Positions 26,118-32,000 of a stretch of DNA of 32,000 bases are shown here, piece after piece; positions within the stretch are counted from its first letter, which is position 1, and each line of letters begins with the position of its first letter. Both the position numbers and the translations under genes were made by a program. The notes under the pieces are model-generated. The model was not told the DNA's origin. It made no database searches and was given only the letters and a program-made list of their open reading frames with translations. The stretch is from Acaryochloris marina MBIC11017 (lineage in GTDB: Bacteria; Cyanobacteriota; Cyanobacteriia; Thermosynechococcales; Thermosynechococcaceae). The stretch covers positions 3,000,001 through 3,032,000 of the forward strand of contig NC_009925.1 in assembly GCF_000018105.1 (NCBI RefSeq), read 5' to 3'.

Positions 26118-27115
26118 TGCATTGGGTGATAAGAATATAAGCTCGGGCTGTTAGTCAGAGAACTGCCAGCAAGAGACGTGGGTTGAAAAGACTTCTGCCT
26201 TTTATCTAGCCCATCAAAGGTCTGTTTGTCGATGATCAAGGTCCCACCTTCAGAATTTTCATTTAAATTCACTGCCATATCCATCGGTTGTCCCATCACC
26301 GTTAAGGTTTTGCCAAATCCAACCTGTAACAGCCCAATCGTTACCATTCCCGTTGTTACCACCAAGGCACATTGAGCGGATGGGCCAATGGGGGGCTGAC
26401 GCTCCTCAAATAGTTGGAGAATACGTACACTCGCATCTATCGCTTGCATTGAGGGACTACGGGTTGAGGGCAACACGCCAAACACCGCCACAATAGAGTT
26501 GCCAATATTTTGATGAATTAACCCCCCTTCATCCAAAATGGAAGGGGAAATGGCTGATAGGTATGCATCTAAGATTTTAAGGGGATTAGAGGTAACCGTT
26601 TTATCGTCTAGGCCCTCGATATTACAACATTTTACGACTAAAATACTGAGGGATTTTTGTTCGCCTGCAGGCCGAATATCGAGAAAGTTTTCTGCCACAA
26701 TCTCTGATTGCATCAAGTGCCCGATTGAGCGAGCCTGCTTCCGCCGCAACAGGCTGAGATCATTCACCTTTTGCTGAATCAGAACATGCTCTTCATTTTC
26801 AGAGGTGGCATCAAAGAGAATGACCCAATCATGCTGGTCTTCTACGAAGAGGTGGACTTCAGCAATAACATCTTGGTCTAGCTGCAGGAAGGGAATGTGC
26901 ATCGCCGCTTCTTGCAAAGGCAATAAACCCGCCAAGAAGAAAATTTGCTCATCAATCGACTGGTGTAGCTTTAAAGGAGCTAAACCATACCGCTCACAAG
27001 CCCCACCAAAAGCCAGTAATTCACCTGTTTTATTGACTTGCAAATAGGCCGGAAAGCGATCTCGAACGATTGTAGAACAAAGGAATGCCACAATCGGTTG
27101 TGGGAGATTTAACAT
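26114..27115 (-). CDS. class III nucleotidyl-cyclase-homology (CHD) protein with substituted catalytic residues, plus an N-terminal domain paralogous to that of the downstream SGDEF-EAL protein
   Basis: By-eye alignment to the adenylate/guanylate cyclase consensus: LSILVVKCCNIEGL aligns to vtvlFaDIvGFT; GGLIHQNIGNSIVAVFG aligns to gG.v.K.iGDavmavFG; VVTTGMVTIGLL...TVMGQPMDMAVNLNE aligns to GihtGpv..G.iG...ytv.GdtVN.AsRlE. The stop overlaps the next gene's start (ATGA at 26114-26117). Confidence 0.6.
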   Translation of the reverse strand: MLNLPQPIVAFLCSTIVRDRFPAYLQVNKTGELLAFGGACERYGLAPLKLHQSIDEQIFFLAGLLPLQEAAMHIPFLQLDQDVIAEVHLFVEDQHDWVILFDATSENEEHVLIQQKVNDLSLLRRKQARSIGHLMQSEIVAENFLDIRPAGEQKSLSILVVKCCNIEGLDDKTVTSNPLKILDAYLSAISPSILDEGGLIHQNIGNSIVAVFGVLPSTRSPSMQAIDASVRILQLFEERQPPIGPSAQCALVVTTGMVTIGLLQVGFGKTLTVMGQPMDMAVNLNENSEGGTLIIDKQTFDGLDKRQKSFQPTSLAGSSLTNSPSLYSYHPMQ

Positions 27116-27121
27116 GGGTAA

Positions 27122-27613
27122 CTAAATCATCATTTGCGCCAATTTTATAAAGCACTCTTCTACCCCTAATCCAGTCCTTGCACTCCCAAGACAGTAAGTC
27201 CATTGCCGTTGGGATAATTCTTCGAGATCGTCCTCTCCGATTTCCCAATCTTGGCTTAGATCATACTTATTGAAAATTGTAATAAATGGCACTTTGCCAA
27301 TGGTGTCTTCCACTTTAGTTTGTAATTGGAAGACTGTTCCTAATGTATCCCGTCGAGTACCATCTACCACCAAAATATAGGCGGCTGATCCTCGCAAGTA
27401 CGACATTCTGATTTTTTGAAACTCATCTTCACCATGAATATCCCATAGAATTAAATTTAAGTCTTGTCCGCCAACCGCCACACTTTTTTTATCAATTTTG
27501 ACGCCAACAGTCGTCTGATATTTATCAGAATAAATACCCTGAACATATCGAGCGACAAGGCTCGTTTTCCCAGTCGCAAATGCACCGATCATACAAATCT
27601 TTTTCTGGAGCAT
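27122..27613 (-). CDS. Ras/Rab-like small GTPase
   Basis: 163 aa. G1 is GAFATGKTS, G2 is YQTTVGV, G3 is WDIHGED (DxxG, with Glu where Ras has Gln61), G4 is NKYD, and G5 is GSARTGLGVEECF (compare Rab SAKTG.NVEEAF). Only 6-nt gaps separate it from both neighbouring genes. Confidence 0.85.
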   Translation of the reverse strand: MLQKKICMIGAFATGKTSLVARYVQGIYSDKYQTTVGVKIDKKSVAVGGQDLNLILWDIHGEDEFQKIRMSYLRGSAAYILVVDGTRRDTLGTVFQLQTKVEDTIGKVPFITIFNKYDLSQDWEIGEDDLEELSQRQWTYCLGSARTGLGVEECFIKLAQMMI

Positions 27614-27619
27614 AAGCTA

Positions 27620-29374
27620 TCAATCAGCGTCCGATGGTTGAACAAAAATAACTTTAAAAGTAACCTTACGATTGGATTTAGAGATTTTAGCTGAATCTAA
27701 CTTTTCTACTGCAGGAGGCTCAACACTCACTGCCTGAAAAAGGTTTTTATCAATGCCCTGCTTGGATAGCAGGGAAATAATCGCCTTAGCACGAGTTTCC
27801 CGGACATAGAGATTGATCAACTCAGATCCACTAGTATCGGTATGCCCTTCAACGAGAACAGCAACGGTTTGGTTGATGGTTTTAGCTGTTTTAGCCAGTT
27901 TTTTAATGTCTTCAGCCACGGTTTTAAGCTTGACATCTTGTTGAGGGACCAACTGAGCATTTTGGGTAAAGAAGATGGTGTGAGCCTCAAGTTTGGCCTT
28001 AATGTCTGCAAGAGCACCTGCTTCGACAGGCACAATTTGTTGAGTGTTGAATTGGGTCACATTAGGCAATCGCAAGGCTAGCTGTTTTGCTTCCGTGATC
28101 CAAGATTGCGGGGCAGTCCCTGAGGCTTGAATCGCCCCATTAGCATCAACTTTCAGCTCAACTGTTTCTGGGGGCTGCAACAGCGATATCACTCTGGATT
28201 CAATAAATTCAGTATCGAAGGATAGATAAGGTTCCCAACTAAAAGCAACCTTGTTTGGATCTAGATCTGTCTTTGATATCAAATCAGTGGGCTTAGACGC
28301 CAGGGGATCTTTTAGGCCAGAGATCACATATTTACCGTCCTGTTTTTTGGTTTGCAAGACGACGATACCGGATTCTCGATTCAGTTGATCGACAAAGCTT
28401 TGAACTTGGTTTCGCTCATAGTTAGACAAAAAGCCCCAGACCCCTAATCCTAAAATGAGAATTCCAGCTGCTCCGCCAATCCATTTCAACGGAGAAGAGC
28501 GCTTCTTTTTCGTTTGATATTGGGACTGTAAACATTCTTCTAGATAAGGCTGGCTCGGTTCAAAGGCACTGCTATCCCCCTGAAACTCGTGAAGCTGACG
28601 CTCTTGGACCAGGTGAATTCGCTCCAGAGCATTTTCCATCATTTGCCGCAGTTTGCCAGGTGGGTTACCCCGAATAACACAAGCAATAATGGCTTGAGGG
28701 CCTTCATTCACCCAAATGGTTAACTCTCCGACTTGCAAACTCCCTAAGGCTTCGTCACTCACACTAAATGAGTCGCGAACAAAATCTTGAATCGCGGTAA
28801 ACATAGCAGAGACTAAATCTGCATCCTGAGCAGCAGCCGTTGCGGCAGCAAGATGCTGGAGAACTAAGCCTGAGGATTTATGGATGAGAAAAACTTGTTC
28901 GACCTGATAGACAAGGGTACGCAACAACAAAACTTCAGCAAAAGATTTCCCTGTACGCCAGGCTTCAAAGCGCCAACTGAGACTTTGAGGAGAGAGGCTA
29001 TGTTCTAGACTCTGGTTCAGGGAATCGGTTAAATTCTGGATGGCCGCTGCGATAGCTTTCCGTATCGCTGGTCCCATAATCGGGAACAGGGCTTCAGAGA
29101 GAATATTTTGATCGGTATTCACAGACGATTTAATCGCATGCTCCACCGTTGGCATCACAGCTTCAGATACAGTCTCATCACTCGTTTTGAGGGTGAGTTG
29201 GATCGCTTCGGGTAAAACCCGACTTACGTCTTCCGATCTCAACTGGGCATTCTCGAATCGTCCTTTCAGATCTGGCCCAATTAGCAAACTTCGCAGCTCA
29301 TTCAATTCGTTAGCTTGACCAGGTTCTTCTGGATAAGCAGCATCCCGATTGGCATTAGTAGGTAAATTACTCAT
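27620..29374 (-). CDS. bitopic membrane protein: cytoplasmic N-region (with a Roadblock/LC7-like alpha/beta module) + 1 TM + periplasmic BON-like segments + C-terminal OmpA/MotB-like peptidoglycan-binding domain
   Basis: TM helix KWIGGAAGILILGLGVWGFL (aa about 296-316). OmpA_C-like end: IFFTQNAQLVPQQ...VAVLVEGHTDTSGSELINLYVRETRAKAIISLLSKQGI...SNRKVTFKV. The cytoplasmic module is aa about 155-255: VFLIHKSSGLVLQHL...DADLVSAMFTAIQDFVRDSF...LQVGELTIWVNEGPQAIIACVIRG. Confidence 0.75.
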   Translation of the reverse strand: MSNLPTNANRDAAYPEEPGQANELNELRSLLIGPDLKGRFENAQLRSEDVSRVLPEAIQLTLKTSDETVSEAVMPTVEHAIKSSVNTDQNILSEALFPIMGPAIRKAIAAAIQNLTDSLNQSLEHSLSPQSLSWRFEAWRTGKSFAEVLLLRTLVYQVEQVFLIHKSSGLVLQHLAAATAAAQDADLVSAMFTAIQDFVRDSFSVSDEALGSLQVGELTIWVNEGPQAIIACVIRGNPPGKLRQMMENALERIHLVQERQLHEFQGDSSAFEPSQPYLEECLQSQYQTKKKRSSPLKWIGGAAGILILGLGVWGFLSNYERNQVQSFVDQLNRESGIVVLQTKKQDGKYVISGLKDPLASKPTDLISKTDLDPNKVAFSWEPYLSFDTEFIESRVISLLQPPETVELKVDANGAIQASGTAPQSWITEAKQLALRLPNVTQFNTQQIVPVEAGALADIKAKLEAHTIFFTQNAQLVPQQDVKLKTVAEDIKKLAKTAKTINQTVAVLVEGHTDTSGSELINLYVRETRAKAIISLLSKQGIDKNLFQAVSVEPPAVEKLDSAKISKSNRKVTFKVIFVQPSDAD

Positions 29375-29561
29375 TGACTATAGAACTGCAAAGACTAGAT
29401 GGGCTGACAGAGCATGCGCATCAGATCTGCCATCATTATTGATATTGCTATAGTAAAGGCCACAACGATAAACAACTTGAAGATTTATTGCGTAGCATCT
29501 AGGCTCGCCTGCTACTACGTCCGACAAACCCCGCAAGATGCACGGACCATCATCCTATAAC

Positions 29562-30191
29562 CTATGAATTTGAGCGAATATTCAGGGCTAATTGGCTAAA
29601 GAGATCCGCTAATTGATCACGGTCTTGAGCATCAACCGACTGCAGAGACTGAACTTCACGTTCTAATAAAGCTTTCAGTTCAGCATGCCTATGGTTAAAG
29701 TCTGTCCCCAAAGAGGTGACTTTTTCCTCCAAAGTAGACAGGATACTCAGTCGTTGCCGCTCCACTTCTTCACCCAGTTCTCTAAGCTGACCACTGGCCG
29801 TTGATATCCCACTTTGATAAGTAGCTTCTAGATCCGATACAGACGTAGTTTGAGACGCATGATTGGATTGCACAATCTGGGCTAAGGTTTGCAAATCATT
29901 GCGAATCGCTGTTTCTAGGGCTTGCAGCCGTTGATCCATTTGATCACGGATGTCAGCACATTCTTGATTCAGTCGATTTTCGAGCTGGTCGAGCTTTTGT
30001 TCCTGGCTATGTACCTGCTGGCCAAATAACAAATCCCTAATCTTATTGAGGGTATTAAGATCAACCTCTTCATTGGGAGAAGCATTGACCAATACACCCT
30101 CATTTGAATGCTGATCACCATCTACTGGCTGCTCAGAAGATGATGTTGCTAAAGCTGAAGTTATCTGATCATTAGAGATGGTCATGGCCAC
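29562..30191 (-). CDS. coiled-coil protein, unknown function
   Basis: 209 aa. A polar/acidic N-terminus is followed by long heptad-like Q/E/L-rich helices (QEQKLDQLENRLNQECADIRDQMDQRLQALETAIRNDLQTL...). Start is GTG 30191, with ATG 30185 as an alternative. Confidence 0.5.
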   Translation of the reverse strand: MAMTISNDQITSALATSSSEQPVDGDQHSNEGVLVNASPNEEVDLNTLNKIRDLLFGQQVHSQEQKLDQLENRLNQECADIRDQMDQRLQALETAIRNDLQTLAQIVQSNHASQTTSVSDLEATYQSGISTASGQLRELGEEVERQRLSILSTLEEKVTSLGTDFNHRHAELKALLEREVQSLQSVDAQDRDQLADLFSQLALNIRSNS

Positions 30192-30388
30192 ATTGCGGTA
30201 GTTTACGACTTGATTGAGCCAGTCATGTTCACGGCTTGAGTGGCATTACTGCACTATGCACTAGCCATAGACTTCCCTACGTTAGCCTAGATCTTAGCAT
30301 TGCTTTACAGAACATGGCTGGATCCATTTGCCATCGCTCGCGACTAGCGTTCATCCAGGGTCAATTTAACCCATGCCATACAGTTAAA

Positions 30389-31198
30389 TCACTTAGCGAC
30401 TAGCACTAGATGATAGCGATAGAGGGCCACCGGTTGATTCAGGGCTTGAAAATAGTTGGGATCCTGGGGGGATAAGTAGATCGCCGTCACTTGATCCGCG
30501 TCGATTTGGGCCGGACTTGTGTTGATGTAGCGGTACGACGTCGTATTTTCGACTTGGTTGAGATACAGTTGGGCGCTGCTGCGAAACTCTTGCTGAAACA
30601 GTTCGCTGGCAATCCAGGTATCGGTCTTAGCATCAAATTCAGTGGTGCGATCGCTAATGGTCGATACGAGTTGTCGCCCCTGATTGAGCACCGTCGTTTG
30701 GCGATTGGGAAAGCGAGGATCAACTTTCACCGTTTGCACAGCCGCTTCACCGAGGTAAGCAGCAGCTAAACTCCGACCATTGAATGCTAAGTCAGCAATC
30801 ACCGAAGGTTTACGGGACAACAACTCCCAAGGGGATGCATTGGCCAGCACTTTTGCCTTTAAAGGCGTCCGTTCTTCGACAAAGCGCACCGCAAAGGTCA
30901 CGGGCTGATCTAACAAGCGCTCATTATCGGCATAGCCGGGGGTAACTAAGTCAGGCGCTAAGGGAGCCGCCAGATCCACGAGGGTACTGGTAACCTGCCA
31001 ATCTCCTAAAAACCAGTCGGGATAGATCAAGTCGCCAGACGCCGGTTTCAGCACCGGCTTTCCTTGCCAATCGGGAAAGGCTGCTAGGCGTTCTGTTAAA
31101 GGACTAGCCAGCCCCGGTAAAGACCAGCAGCAGAGCAAAAGTGCCAGACAAATACCCCACCCTTTCACTCTATAAGACTGCCAATCTTTACCGTTCAC
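30389..31198 (-). CDS. conserved hypothetical secreted/periplasmic protein
   Basis: 269 aa with an N-terminal signal peptide (WGICLALLLCCWSLPGLASP). No catalytic motif recognised. It starts 11 nt downstream of the thiC stop on the same strand. Confidence 0.55.
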   Translation of the reverse strand: MNGKDWQSYRVKGWGICLALLLCCWSLPGLASPLTERLAAFPDWQGKPVLKPASGDLIYPDWFLGDWQVTSTLVDLAAPLAPDLVTPGYADNERLLDQPVTFAVRFVEERTPLKAKVLANASPWELLSRKPSVIADLAFNGRSLAAAYLGEAAVQTVKVDPRFPNRQTTVLNQGRQLVSTISDRTTEFDAKTDTWIASELFQQEFRSSAQLYLNQVENTTSYRYINTSPAQIDADQVTAIYLSPQDPNYFQALNQPVALYRYHLVLVAK

Positions 31199-31209
31199 CT
31201 CTTTTTCTC

Positions 31210-32000
<791 letters not shown>

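Noticed and set aside
23487-27115. Pycsar/CBASS-like anti-phage module (cyclase plus cNMP-binding effector).
   Set aside because: The cyclase-homology domain has lost its catalytic residues. The cNMP-binding protein has no TM, TIR or other effector domain, lies on the opposite strand and is separated by two genes. The operon partners (GTPase, GGDEF-EAL) fit signalling rather than abortive infection.
27620-29374. Zorya-like (ZorB/MotB) defence or a flagellar stator component.
   Set aside because: No MotA/ZorA-type multi-TM partner and no ZorC/ZorD helicase or nuclease genes are adjacent. The long cytoplasmic N-region is unlike MotB plugs.
29492-29515. GTAGCA...TGCTAC 6-bp hairpin between the coiled-coil gene and the OmpA-like gene, considered as an internal terminator.
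   Set aside because: The stem is short, the loop is 12 nt and there is no clear U-tract on the minus-strand RNA. This is insufficient to claim termination, so co-transcription is left open.

Overview
Cyanobacterial chromosomal window. I count 11 copies of the HIP1 palindrome GCGATCGC, and the promoters are NtcA-type. About 31 protein-coding genes are supportable. I recognise no rRNA, tRNA, CRISPR array or transposase. All domain calls come from reading motifs by eye; no searches were run. Left third (1-10 kb): ABC ATPase (partial), Cas4-like PD-(D/E)XK nuclease, rhomboid and CPBP intramembrane proteases, ClC channel, HAD hydrolase, HEAT-repeat protein and several small hypotheticals. Centre (10.1-18.6 kb): nitrate-assimilation cluster nirA (with a C-terminal 2Fe-2S ferredoxin fusion)-nrtP-[SLH/OprB porin]-narB. 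Each of its three upstream intergenic regions carries a perfect NtcA box (GTA-N8-TAC), and two clear rho-independent terminators are present. Right third: pepA, a nitroreductase, a Zn-ribbon protein coupled to a Tat-signal trypsin-like protease, hsp20, a stand-alone cNMP-binding protein, a Nudix hydrolase and thiC (partial). The most interesting locus is a tightly packed minus-strand operon (24372-30191, possibly extending to the Nudix gene at 23876). Its gene order is: coiled-coil protein, then a MotB/OmpA-like membrane protein with a Roadblock-like cytoplasmic module, then a Ras/Rab-like small GTPase, then a degenerate class III cyclase-homology protein, then an SGDEF-EAL protein that shares the cyclase protein's N-terminal domain. 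I read this as a candidate, uncharacterised, envelope-anchored GTPase switch wired to c-di-GMP turnover.
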